NCBI GenBank assembly: GCA_963835575.1
Contig: CAWIGG010000003.1
Location: 256,001 to 320,000 of the forward strand
Length of the DNA stretch: 64,000 nucleotides
Reading direction: 5' to 3'
DNA from: an uncultured Spirochaetota bacterium
GTDB taxonomy: Bacteria; Spirochaetota; Brevinematia; Brevinematales; JAOACQ01
In this document: positions 19,382 to 29,598 of the stretch, piece after piece
Layout: every line of letters starts with the position of its first letter
How positions within the stretch are numbered: position 1 is the first letter of the stretch
Notes under the pieces: model-generated
The model's database searches: none
What the model was told of the DNA's origin: nothing
What the model saw: the letters and a program-made list of their open reading frames with translations, nothing else
Position numbers and translations under genes: made by a program

Positions 19382-20339
19382 AAAAATTGTTTATGAAGAT
19401 ATTGCCGCTGAACTTGGCGTTAAGCCTTCTTTTATTGAAAAAGATTATTACGCCGTACATATACTAAATGAATTATCAAAGATAGAATATGAAAACGCAA
19501 AGTTAATATTTTCAGGCGGAACTTGCTTATCAAAGGGATACAAGCTTATAAAAAGATTTTCTGAAGACCTTGATTTTAGAATAGATACAACTGTGCCTTT
19601 TACAAGGCCGCAAAGAAGAGAGTTTAGAGAATTTATAATATCAAAAATTAAAGACCTTCCAGACTTAGAGTATTTAGAAGAATCTTTAGACATAAAAAAC
19701 AATAGTGAATTATTCGGGTTTAATGTTAAATATCCGAAATTGTTTACTTTTAGTGGTGGATTAAGAAACGATTTAAAATTGGAATTTACTTTTAAAAACT
19801 TGCAACTCCCCACTAATACATGTCCAATTGAAACCTTTGTATCAAAATATACTGGTAAAACTGAAATAACAAAGATGAATTGTATTTCCCCTGTTGAAAT
19901 CGGAGCAGACAAATTAAGTGCTTTGATGTGGCGGGTTGATATAAAAAACAGAACAAAGCCACAAGGTCATGTCGCAAATGATGCAACCATCATAAGACAT
20001 TTACACGATTTATCTGCTTTAGAAAAGCTTCTATTAAACGATGTTTTTATAAAGTGTGCTGAGAAGTCTTTTGAAACCGATAAAGGTCGTAGTGGTTCTA
20101 ATGATCACATTATTTTAGCTGAATATGCAAAAAGGACTTTAGATAAGTTAAAAACAGATAGTATTTATGCCAAAGAGTACAAGGAATTTGTTGATGCTTT
20201 GTCTTATTCCAAAGAATCTGAGACGATTGATTTTAAAAGGGCTTTATCATCTTTTGAGAGAATTGTTGATTTTATCAAAATGGATATTAATAAAAATCAT
20301 GCAATTAAAAAAGACAATAGCCGTGGGATGGGAATGTAA
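19365..20339 (+). CDS. AbiEii-family nucleotidyltransferase toxin (type IV TA)
   Basis: IEKDYY, FSGGTCLSK, RFSEDLDF, RHLHD. Confidence 0.88.
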   Translation: MPKQIEKIVYEDIAAELGVKPSFIEKDYYAVHILNELSKIEYENAKLIFSGGTCLSKGYKLIKRFSEDLDFRIDTTVPFTRPQRREFREFIISKIKDLPDLEYLEESLDIKNNSELFGFNVKYPKLFTFSGGLRNDLKLEFTFKNLQLPTNTCPIETFVSKYTGKTEITKMNCISPVEIGADKLSALMWRVDIKNRTKPQGHVANDATIIRHLHDLSALEKLLLNDVFIKCAEKSFETDKGRSGSNDHIILAEYAKRTLDKLKTDSIYAKEYKEFVDALSYSKESETIDFKRALSSFERIVDFIKMDINKNHAIKKDNSRGMGM

Positions 20340-20462
20340 ATAATATTAGGGTTTACCGAAATCCAGCCCAGCTCCTCAGCCCGGCTGTTTTTTCCGCCGC
20401 CGGCCGGCCACTGCAGATTCCCCCGCCTTTAGTTCGGTCATTACCTCGATGGCGGTCTTAAT

Positions 20463-20665
20463 GGGGTTACCTTGGAATTCGGAAAAAATAGTACGCTAAC
20501 GAAATATAAACCTATCCATCTTATTATATAATAAGAACTTAAAAATATCATCAATTTCAGATGATAACCCAAATCTTATGATTTTATCGGATTCAGTAAC
20601 TCTTTACCCGGTAATGATATTATAATTCTTAACGTACAAAAATATCCAAATTCCAAGGTAACCCC
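20463..20665. mobile_element. Tn3-derived MITE, 203 bp, copy B
   Basis: Near-identical to 6134-6336 and abuts the recombinase ATG at the same point. Confidence 0.85.
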
Positions 20666-21221
20666 ATGTACAGCGCCGTGATCCGGCTCATGGGTTTCTG
20701 CGGCCTCCGGGCTTCCGAAGTCATCGGACATGAAAAACGTGAGGGGGGCGGCCTCCGGATCCGGGACATTGATCTTACTTCCGGAGAAATTATAATCAGG
20801 GACGCAAAGGACACCAGGGTGAAAGAAAAACGGCAGAAGAAGAATAAAACAGGCCGGGTAGTTTTCGCTCAGGGAGAAACCCTCGAGGCCATGCGGATCT
20901 GGTGGACAAAAATAAGGTCCTCTCTCTCCGGCCAGGCTCCGGAAGATTATTTTTTTCTGCAACCGGTTTGGGGGAAAAATTAACAACAGCCAGCTGAGGA
21001 GAGCATTTCGTATATACGGTGCCAAGGCCGGGATCCCGCAAGAAAAGCGTCATCCCCATGTATTACGTCATTCGGCCGGCACGAGGTTTTATAAAGTTAC
21101 AAAAGACCTGCTTATAACTCAAAAAATACTCGGCCATGCGAACGCCCATGAAACCGTTCGTTATGCCCATGTCTCCGGCGCTGACATCGAGGAAACGATG
21201 AAAAAGGTATTGAGGAACTAA
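20666..21221 (+). pseudogene. Short tyrosine recombinase, copy 4 (+1 frameshift in a T7 run)
   Basis: T7 versus T6 at about 20950; downstream frame continues HVLRH..TVRY..VLRN*. Confidence 0.88.
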
Positions 21222-21334
21222 TCCCCACTGCCGATCCGTCCGGGATATCCAGGAGATCTTTCCAGGACGATATCGACCTGGTTGCCAGATTCCCGGACGG
21301 ATCCCCTCACAGGGTTAAAAAGACGGCCATACAA

Positions 21335-21858
21335 CTACTTTGTTTTTTTATTCATCCAAGATTTAATATTTAAAAAATCAATTTTAAAAAACTTTAAAAT
21401 CTCAAATATTAATACGAAAATACCAACAATGTCAATAACAATACCCAATACTTTATAATTATATATGTATATTAATATGCCGACTGCAATTATGATACAA
21501 GTTATTGCTATAATAAGTATTTTGCGGAAAAAAGTAAGCACTTTACTAAAAAACAAGTTACGCTTTTCTCTTTTATCCGATTTCTTTTTTTCATCTGATC
21601 TATATTTATCAAGTTCCAATTTTTGAGTTTGTAATTCTCTTTTTAATATTTCGATTTCCTCTTCATTTTTCTGGGCTTTATATTTAAATAATTCTTGTTC
21701 TTGAATATATTTGTCCAAACTTTTTTCGGTGATAGAACTTAAAGTATTATTTAAATCATATTCAGTAATATCTTCAGGTTTTTTTGTCTGTTTTCTAAGA
21801 GCTACAATATTAGCTTTTGCTTGTTCTTCAGACATATTACCTTTTTTATATTCATCCT
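21335..21858 (-). pseudogene. C-terminal fragment of a coiled-coil/2-TM protein, truncated by a MITE
   Basis: Frame is open up to the MITE edge (QDEYKKGN-MSEEQ). Confidence 0.65.
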
Positions 21859-22109
21859 GGGGTCCCCGCAGAATTCGGGAAATTTAGTACGCTAAGGGAT
21901 AAAATATTGCTGTAAGGGCCGTGTTTGCTATATTTTTGGCACATTGCTATATCCATATTTCAGCAACAAGATACCCGGTTTTATCCCTTAGATTCGGCGA
22001 TTTTACTATGTTTTTAGGGCTATTTCTCCCCTCCATGTTGCTATTTTAGTAGATTTTAGCAACATGCTATCGTTAGCGTGCTGTTTTGCCCGAATTCTGC
22101 GTTCACCCC
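21859..22109. mobile_element. Tn3-derived MITE, 251 bp
   Basis: IRs GGGGTCCCCGCAGAATTCGGGAAATTTAGTACGCTAAG / GGGGTGAACGCAGAATTCGGGCAAAACAGCACGCTAAC. Confidence 0.85.
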
Positions 22110-23271
22110 TTTCAGGACAATGGATTGACAGGCTAAGAAAACAGGTTCCCATGAGATATCTTGTTCTTGATATGGATAGTTCTGTAAGCGAAACCTATGG
22201 CAGACAGGATGGGACAGCATATAACGGACATTTTGGATGTACTTGTTATCATCCTCTTTTTTGTTTCAACCAGTTTGGAGATGTCGAGTTTGCACTGCTG
22301 AGGGAAGGTAATGTACACAGCGCTAAGGACTGGAAAACAGTACTGGAACCAATAGTTTCCCGTTATCGTAATTGAAAGTTTCCACATTACTTCAGGGGTG
22401 ATGCCGGCTTTGCCAAGCCGGAGATTTATGAGTACCTGGAATCAGAACACTTCAGGTATGCGATCCGCTTGCCAGCCAATGACGTCCTGCATCGTGAAAT
22501 CGATCATCTCATGACAAGGCCGGTAGGACGGCCATCACATGCACCAGTTGTCTGGTATCATGAATTCCAGTACAAGGCTGCAGTATGGAATCGGAATCGC
22601 CGGGTAATAGCAAAAGTTGAATGGCACCAGGGGGAACTATTCCCCCGTGTTGGATTTATTGTAACAAATCTTCGATCCAAAAAGAGGAAAGTTGTCCGTT
22701 TTTACAATATGAGAGGAACAGCGGAACAATGGATCAAGGAGGGCAAGAATGCGGTAAAGTGGACACGTTTATCGTGCCATGACTTTATCGATAATCATGT
22801 CCGGCTCCAGTTATTTGTTCTTGCTTACAATCTTGGGAACTTCTTTCGAAAGTCAGCATTACCCAGGTCAATGCGACATTGGACAATGACAACTCTCAGG
22901 GAGAAACTGATCAAAATCGGCGCTAAAATCGTACGACATGCCCGATATATAGTCTTTCAGATGGCCGAAGTTGCGGTTTCGCAAGAGATGTTCGCCGCTA
23001 TTCTTGGAAGAATTGGCAGACTACGGCTCCTTTTTGGAGTTGGCGAATAACAAGATTAAAAACAGAAAAAAGATAATTTATACAAGGGATTACTGTCGGG
23101 TTTTTGTAAAAAGGTTATCAGAAAATTGCCCGAAATCTGATATTATAAAAACTATGAAGGAATTTCATGAAAAGAAAACCTGAAATTGCCATTGACAAGG
23201 TTATTTTGCGGTTTTATAATAAGAAAATCTCTCAAAAGGGAGAATACTGTAAGTCATTTGGGAAATATCGG
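22110..23271 (+). mobile_element. Truncated IS1380-family element with pseudogenised transposase
   Basis: DMDSS..YGRQ, YHPL, RGDAGF, RGTAEQWIKE; in-frame TGA at 22373; 5' part lost at the MITE; right end ATTTGGGAAATATCGG. Confidence 0.85.
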
Positions 23272-23349
23272 ATAAATATTATTTATTTTTTTCATTTTTC
23301 ACATATTTGAATCGTATTATATATAGAAGCATAAAACGGAGGATTTTTA

Positions 23350-25812
23350 ATGAAGAAACTGTTTTTTATCCCGGTATTGGCTGTCATATTAACGGCCGGC
23401 TGCGCTGTTATTCCCGGAGGTCCTTCCGGCTCTAACAGTTCTTCGGCATCAAGCAGTCCTTCCCAGGTCATCTACCCAAACTATATTCTGGAAATCACTT
23501 ACTGCAGTCCCGGCCCTGATGGGACCTGGTTTACAACGGATGACATCGCCCTGGAGTACCAGATTTATTTTAATAATAATCAGGATAATATATTGTACTC
23601 AACCGGACCCGACCATATTCCTTTTACTTCCGACGATTATATTGAAGGCTACTGGACCAATATAGGCGGCTACAGCGGCAAATGGTGCAACGGTCCGGGC
23701 CCTGACGGTATATGGTTCACCGCCGACGACCATGTCGAACATGCAGAAAGATGGGACATAAAACCAAACCTTATCTATTCCAACCAGGGATCGGACGGGA
23801 CCTGGCTGACAGGCGACGATATTCAATCGGGGTATTATCAGGATACTCTTGACGCGTACGGCGATATTACCAAACGCATCCGCTATGGTGGTAAGGGCCT
23901 TGACAACACTTGGCAGACTGCTGACGACACTTTAGGACAGGATTGGTTCGGAACATACTGGAAAGCCGACTATGACGGCGATAAACAGGGCATATACTGG
24001 GCCTGGACGCATTACTCTTCATACGATTCTAACGATAATTTGAGAGAATTTCGTCTTCATGTATTTTCAGCCGGCTCGAAATTTTATACCCGGGAGTATC
24101 TTTTTACGAACGCGGGGCCGGACGGCGTCATGTTTACCGGCGATGATCCTCTGGCCTATTACAAAATCGCCATTAAATATGATTCCTTTCCGACAAACTT
24201 GAACGATAGTTCGGCAAATGTCGATCCCGCAAATATCGGAGATTTAGAGGTTTCCGGTGTTCCCGACGGCAGCCATCCATTTACCAATTCCAGGGTCTTC
24301 GGTTTTTCACAGATAGGAAATTCTCAGGAAGATCCGCAGGTTTTCACGCTTTGTCCGGACGTCAATATGCGCGCATGGCAGAAATGGGATATTTGGGGAA
24401 CGAATACCAGCGATTACAGCCAGGCCTATATCAATAAATGCCGGAGCAGCAATATCCTTTTCATTGCCGGAGGAACGATGTCGATCGTGTTCAGAGACGA
24501 AGCGGCAAATGACGCCCAGTTCCAGGATTGGGCCACAAGGGATGCAGGGGGAAATCTTATGGAACATGCGGGGATCTCGCCGGGAGCCTATAGGGGTTCT
24601 ATGGCTAATCCTTCTTTCCGTGCGCATGTCCTGGAATATTTAAAAAAACAAATCGATCTGGGCGTTGACGGTTTATTCCTGGATGAATTGGACGGCGGTT
24701 ATTACGGCAATGAAGGATACGATGATTATTTTATCAGGGACTTTAACCGTTATCTTATGAATAAATATCCCGGATATACCAGGAATGACTGGATCCAAAA
24801 TTTCGGTATGACATCGAATAATGTAATCCGCAGGGACATCCCCTACTCTGATTTATACGGAAATTTTAATTACCGTAAATATCTTGAACAAAAAGGCTGG
24901 AATGGAAATCCAGGAACAGCGGCAAATCCTCTGGCTCCCGAATGGGGTTATCCTGTTGCAAACCGCTTCGATATTCATGACACAAGTTTTACCGGGAAAT
25001 ATGTGGGGCTTTATATTAAAGATATTATGGTTTCGCTTCGGAAATACGCGAGGGATAAATATTCCAGGGAGCTTTTGATCACAGCTAATGGAATTTTTCC
25101 ATGGATGGATTTCAACAGTCTGGGGATGTATGATGGCAATCATGATGATTATGGTATGGTAAACGCGGATTATGTTCCGGTCCAAGGCGGACATCTCAAC
25201 GGTTCTAAATCGCTGAAAACCGTCTATTTGAAAATGCTGGCGAAAAGCCGGGATGTTTCAGGCAATGTGCCGCTGGTCCTCTTTATGGACTGGCCCAATA
25301 TTATGATTAACGGTTACTATAATCTGTCCCTTGCTGAAAAGGAGGATTTCTGGCGGATCTACGCGGCCGAGGCCTATTCCTGCGGCCTGCAGTTTGCCTT
25401 CCATCTCCGGACGGTTATACCTTCCGAACCGACGGCTACAGATTCCGGAATACTTTCTTTCCTCGCGGATTACTCACGGTTTTATCAACAGAACGCGGGA
25501 TTATACCGGAACGTGACGAACACAGGAATTTCTGCTTCAACCGGAGCCAAGACCAATATTGCCTGCAATCTGACTTACCAGCCTGATAAAGACCGATATA
25601 TTCTGCATCTTGTAAACCATAATTATAACAATCAGATCATGCCGCAATCGGCTTTTACCGTTTCTCTTAATCTGGACCGCAGCCCGACAAACATAACGCT
25701 GATTTCGCCGGATACGAATATCACGCAAAATTTGTCATTTACAAAGGCTGGAAGTTTATTACAGATCAATGTGGACAATATTGATTTTTATGATGTGTTG
25801 ATAATCGAATAG
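23350..25812 (+). CDS. Lipoprotein with GPDGxWxTxDD repeats and a glycoside-hydrolase-like TIM barrel
   Basis: Lipobox LTAGC; six repeats; GVDGLFLDE motif. Confidence 0.75.
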   Translation: MKKLFFIPVLAVILTAGCAVIPGGPSGSNSSSASSSPSQVIYPNYILEITYCSPGPDGTWFTTDDIALEYQIYFNNNQDNILYSTGPDHIPFTSDDYIEGYWTNIGGYSGKWCNGPGPDGIWFTADDHVEHAERWDIKPNLIYSNQGSDGTWLTGDDIQSGYYQDTLDAYGDITKRIRYGGKGLDNTWQTADDTLGQDWFGTYWKADYDGDKQGIYWAWTHYSSYDSNDNLREFRLHVFSAGSKFYTREYLFTNAGPDGVMFTGDDPLAYYKIAIKYDSFPTNLNDSSANVDPANIGDLEVSGVPDGSHPFTNSRVFGFSQIGNSQEDPQVFTLCPDVNMRAWQKWDIWGTNTSDYSQAYINKCRSSNILFIAGGTMSIVFRDEAANDAQFQDWATRDAGGNLMEHAGISPGAYRGSMANPSFRAHVLEYLKKQIDLGVDGLFLDELDGGYYGNEGYDDYFIRDFNRYLMNKYPGYTRNDWIQNFGMTSNNVIRRDIPYSDLYGNFNYRKYLEQKGWNGNPGTAANPLAPEWGYPVANRFDIHDTSFTGKYVGLYIKDIMVSLRKYARDKYSRELLITANGIFPWMDFNSLGMYDGNHDDYGMVNADYVPVQGGHLNGSKSLKTVYLKMLAKSRDVSGNVPLVLFMDWPNIMINGYYNLSLAEKEDFWRIYAAEAYSCGLQFAFHLRTVIPSEPTATDSGILSFLADYSRFYQQNAGLYRNVTNTGISASTGAKTNIACNLTYQPDKDRYILHLVNHNYNNQIMPQSAFTVSLNLDRSPTNITLISPDTNITQNLSFTKAGSLLQINVDNIDFYDVLIIE

Positions 25813-25825
25813 GGATAAATTGGGC

Positions 25826-25864
25826 TGTCCCAAAGGTTTCACGCTTTTGGGACAACTTTTTTTT
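25826..25864 (+). terminator. Intrinsic terminator
   Basis: TGTCCCAAA/TTTGGGACA stem followed by a T run. Confidence 0.75.
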
Positions 25865-25976
25865 ATTTCAAAATAATTTTCCCCCATCAATTAATTAAAG
25901 AAATATTTTTCAATTTTTTCAATTTTTACATATTTGAATCGTATTATATACAGAAGCATTAACAGGAGGATTTCAA

Positions 25977-28900
25977 ATGAAGAAGCTGATATTTTTTGTT
26001 CCGGTATTAGCTGTTATATTACTAACCGGCTGTGTACTGATGCCGTCCGGCAATAACAGCCGGAACAATAATGGTAATATTGCCGACACAACTACCAGCT
26101 GGAACTTTATCACCGGCAAGACCGGGAGTAAGACCGTCATGACGCGTGTGGATGGAAATTATTCGGCGGGCGTCAACATCGGAATGGACAAATACGCTTC
26201 CATATCCGTTTTGAGCGAAATAAAAAGCAAAGCTTCCAGAGACCTGCTGAATGGGGCTAAAAATCTTCTTTTTGACGGGACCAACTCCACACCCCCCGGC
26301 TACTCCTGCGCTTTTGAGTACAACAGCGATTATTATATGCTCTTCGGATACAGCCAGGGTATCTTTAAACTCTATAAATACTCCAGTGAGGATGATACAA
26401 ATGTTTACTTTACATCCAGTTCTCTCTGGGATTTTTCCCAGGTCAGCAATATCATCAATTCGGCTCCTTATAATAGTATGCAGACGCCATGGATATTATG
26501 CCCGACATACAATGACGCAAGAAAAACGTTCTATTTCACGCTCTGCTATTGGGTGCATAATACAGTTAAAGGGGATTATATCAAGATCAGAATATATGAG
26601 TCCAAACTTCAGGGCTCCGCTTTCGGACCGGCCTCAGAACTAAGGGGCACAATTAACCCCTTCCATCCCATTCATTACCTGAACGGACAGTGGCACAGCG
26701 AAAATGACTTTAGCGGACGGGGCGGACTCTGGTGGGTCGGCAGGATGTATGTGACCCAGGACGGTAAAAAGGTTTATTTCAACTGCATGAACCTTAACGG
26801 GGATAATACCGTCATGAAGCAGACTTCGCCTTTTATTCCCCCTCTGCCGAATGCCAATGATCTGGCCGGTTCGGGAATATCCGATATGTTTGACCCGCGG
26901 ATGATCCGGACATATGTCTGTTCGGCTGACATACTGGACGACGGTACCCTGACGAACGTCCGGCAGCTTCCTTCAAGCATCAACCGCGGAGGCGTCAACT
27001 TTGTCTGCGATATCTCGCCCGACGGATCGACGCTCTATATAGCGCATATGAATATGGATGCCGCCGGCTGGGCAGCCCTCTGGGCGGCCGGCTGGGGCCC
27101 AGACGGTTTGGTCCTTCAATGCTGTCAACAGCTTGCCTCAGATGTACAGTACTGGAACGGCACTATTGAGGCAATGAGTTCAATTGTGCCTACAGGAAGC
27201 CTGACTCTGGAATTATTGTTTGACGGTTACATCGCCGACACAAGCGGTTTTAATCAGCCCTTTACCGTAAACGGGACCGTTCTGACCAACGATAGGAATA
27301 ATAATCCGAAAAACGCCAGTTATTTTAACGGCGTCAGCGATTATATCACCATTCCGGATTTGAGAAATACGGCGTCCTTTACATACAGCTGCTGGTATTA
27401 CTATATCTCCAATACCGGGAACTGGGACAGGCTTCTCTATTTCGGAAAGGATTCCGACAATAATATCAGCCTGCATATCCGGAATCAGGGAGGCGCCTAT
27501 CTGCAGTACTGGTATAATTATAATAATAACCTCGCCTCAAGCGTTATCAGTTCGACCGTAATGCAAACGAACCAGTGGTACCATATCGCGCTTGTCGTGG
27601 ATTCCCAGGCAAAGACCAGCTCTTTATACATCAACGGAAATCTTGACGCTTCAAGCGCCTGGGCACTCGACCATACGCCTGCGGACTTGGGAGCCTGCTC
27701 TGAAAACTATATAGGAAGAATCGGCAATGATTATTTAAAGGGCATTCTGGACGATATCCGGTTTTATAACCGCGCCCTTAATTCCAGCGAGATCGCTAAA
27801 TTATGGGGCGGGCCTGTTACTACCAACGGTTCCGACTCAAGGCTGCCGGACATACCTGATGATCAACTGGTTCATAACGGGAACCCGAATAATTATAATG
27901 TCTATATATTAACAGGGGATTCCCTTTCCAACGAATCCGTTACGGTGAACAACCTCGCCGTCGATACCTCAACCGTCGGATCGATATCGGCATCCGTCCA
28001 GAATATCCTCAATTCCAAAAACACATTGACGGTGGTATCCGAGACTTACTCGCCGTCCCCCGACTATGTCATTGACTATACCGGCCCGGCTAAACAGGTT
28101 TCCGACACTTATTACGGCGTCAACATACAGATCATAAGCCACCGGTTTTTCACTCTGCCGAAGTATAAAGAACTGATCAGGAATATCAAAGTGGATATAG
28201 CCCGTTTTCCCGGCGGCCAGGAAAAGGTCCGCTATGACCGGAATGATCCATCCTCGGACAATGATGAACTGGGTACAAACGGGCCGTACCAATTTAAATT
28301 GACAGGGGGAGATGTATCCAATTATATCGCTTTATGCCGCGAACTGAATATTCAGGCGGAACCGGAAGTCAATCTTTATAATGATAATGTTGACATGGAA
28401 AGCAATATGATCGACCAGATCGTGAACGGACTGGGATATGACCTTAAATATATTTCCGCCGGAAATGAACCTGATAATGACACCGCTAATTATATAGATG
28501 TATATAAACGCTACTTCCAGGCTATAAGAGCCGTCAAACCGGATGTCTCTTTTGCTTTTTCAGAACTTTGCTCCTGGGATAATCCGGATTTAAATAATTA
28601 CCTGGACAATATGCTGGGCCAGTTGAGCGGCTGCAACCCGGGAGCCCTTTCAGTCCACTGGTATATGCTCGGCGATCATGGACAGGATCCGAACTCGCCC
28701 GATTATCCTTCCATTGAACATCTGGTTATCCGGAATAACAGCCACATTGAAATATCCTACCTTTCAAATATCTATTTAACAATGAAACAGAAAAGGGACC
28801 AATATATACCGGGCAGCAAGCTTTTTATCGGAGAATTTAACGCATGCTGGAGCGCTACGCCGGCATCTGTAGTAATACAAGATTCCCTGGCAACGGCCAT

Positions 28901-29291
28901 ATATACGGCAGAGGTTTTTGAATACGGCAAAAAGCTCGGTTTCGATTCCATGCAGTATTTCAGCCTGTCGGACCCTCTGGAATGGGATTTATGGAAACCG
29001 GCATTAATCGCCGTTAAAAACGACTATGATACCATGGTCGTCAGGCCCCAGTATTATGTCCGGATGTTCTACAAATATGTTTGCGGCGATAAATTTGTCG
29101 ATATCGCCGATAATCAAAAAGATGATTACTCAATTTACGCTTCCAAAGACAATAATTATAATTATCTCATGCTCATCAACCGGACGGAAGATAAAAACTA
29201 CAAAATGTATACAAGGGTCATCACTCAGCAGGGTACAAAATGCCTGAAGCTGATATTGCCCAAACATTCGGTAACGGCTATAAAGTTTTAA
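25977..29291 (+). CDS. Lipoprotein with LamG domain and C-terminal clan GH-A-like glycoside hydrolase
   Basis: Lipobox LLTGC; WYHIA..LYING..G.LDDIRFYNRAL (LamG); RFPGG, GNEPD, GEFN. Confidence 0.8.
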   Translation: MKKLIFFVPVLAVILLTGCVLMPSGNNSRNNNGNIADTTTSWNFITGKTGSKTVMTRVDGNYSAGVNIGMDKYASISVLSEIKSKASRDLLNGAKNLLFDGTNSTPPGYSCAFEYNSDYYMLFGYSQGIFKLYKYSSEDDTNVYFTSSSLWDFSQVSNIINSAPYNSMQTPWILCPTYNDARKTFYFTLCYWVHNTVKGDYIKIRIYESKLQGSAFGPASELRGTINPFHPIHYLNGQWHSENDFSGRGGLWWVGRMYVTQDGKKVYFNCMNLNGDNTVMKQTSPFIPPLPNANDLAGSGISDMFDPRMIRTYVCSADILDDGTLTNVRQLPSSINRGGVNFVCDISPDGSTLYIAHMNMDAAGWAALWAAGWGPDGLVLQCCQQLASDVQYWNGTIEAMSSIVPTGSLTLELLFDGYIADTSGFNQPFTVNGTVLTNDRNNNPKNASYFNGVSDYITIPDLRNTASFTYSCWYYYISNTGNWDRLLYFGKDSDNNISLHIRNQGGAYLQYWYNYNNNLASSVISSTVMQTNQWYHIALVVDSQAKTSSLYINGNLDASSAWALDHTPADLGACSENYIGRIGNDYLKGILDDIRFYNRALNSSEIAKLWGGPVTTNGSDSRLPDIPDDQLVHNGNPNNYNVYILTGDSLSNESVTVNNLAVDTSTVGSISASVQNILNSKNTLTVVSETYSPSPDYVIDYTGPAKQVSDTYYGVNIQIISHRFFTLPKYKELIRNIKVDIARFPGGQEKVRYDRNDPSSDNDELGTNGPYQFKLTGGDVSNYIALCRELNIQAEPEVNLYNDNVDMESNMIDQIVNGLGYDLKYISAGNEPDNDTANYIDVYKRYFQAIRAVKPDVSFAFSELCSWDNPDLNNYLDNMLGQLSGCNPGALSVHWYMLGDHGQDPNSPDYPSIEHLVIRNNSHIEISYLSNIYLTMKQKRDQYIPGSKLFIGEFNACWSATPASVVIQDSLATAIYTAEVFEYGKKLGFDSMQYFSLSDPLEWDLWKPALIAVKNDYDTMVVRPQYYVRMFYKYVCGDKFVDIADNQKDDYSIYASKDNNYNYLMLINRTEDKNYKMYTRVITQQGTKCLKLILPKHSVTAIKF

Positions 29292-29311
29292 TATTAAACA
29301 TTCATTATAAC

Positions 29312-29346
29312 GAAACAGGGTTGGATACTATGTCCAACCCTGTTTC
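29312..29346. terminator. Hairpin terminator
   Basis: GAAACAGGGTTGGA/TCCAACCCTGTTTC. Confidence 0.7.
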
Positions 29347-29373
29347 TATTAAAGATCAGTATTAATCCTTGAA

Positions 29374-29578
29374 GGGGTCCCGCCAACATTTCCGACAAAA
29401 CCCCCTCTAAGTGATTTTCTTAGCATACTATTTTTCCCGAATTCTGCGTCAATTATTTCTTTGATAATAGGTTGCCTTCCCTTTCCCCATTCTTTTATAA
29501 GACCCAAACCGATTAATTTATCAAAATCTTTTGCTCTGGTTGGGGTCAGCTCACGAAACGGGAAAAATCGTAGCTAAG
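29374..29578. repeat. Cluster of three Tn3-family IR remnants
   Basis: 29374-29411 GGGGTCCCGCC...CTAAG; 29419-29449 reverse IR lacking its CCCC end; 29542-29578 GGGGTCAGCTCACGAAAC...GCTAAG. Confidence 0.75.
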
Positions 29579-29598
29579 GTTTAAAGTTACTTAAGATA

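Noticed and set aside
22373..22375. In-frame TGA as a sign of recoding or selenocysteine
   Set aside because: It lies in a truncated transposase, and TGA terminates normal genes elsewhere in the window
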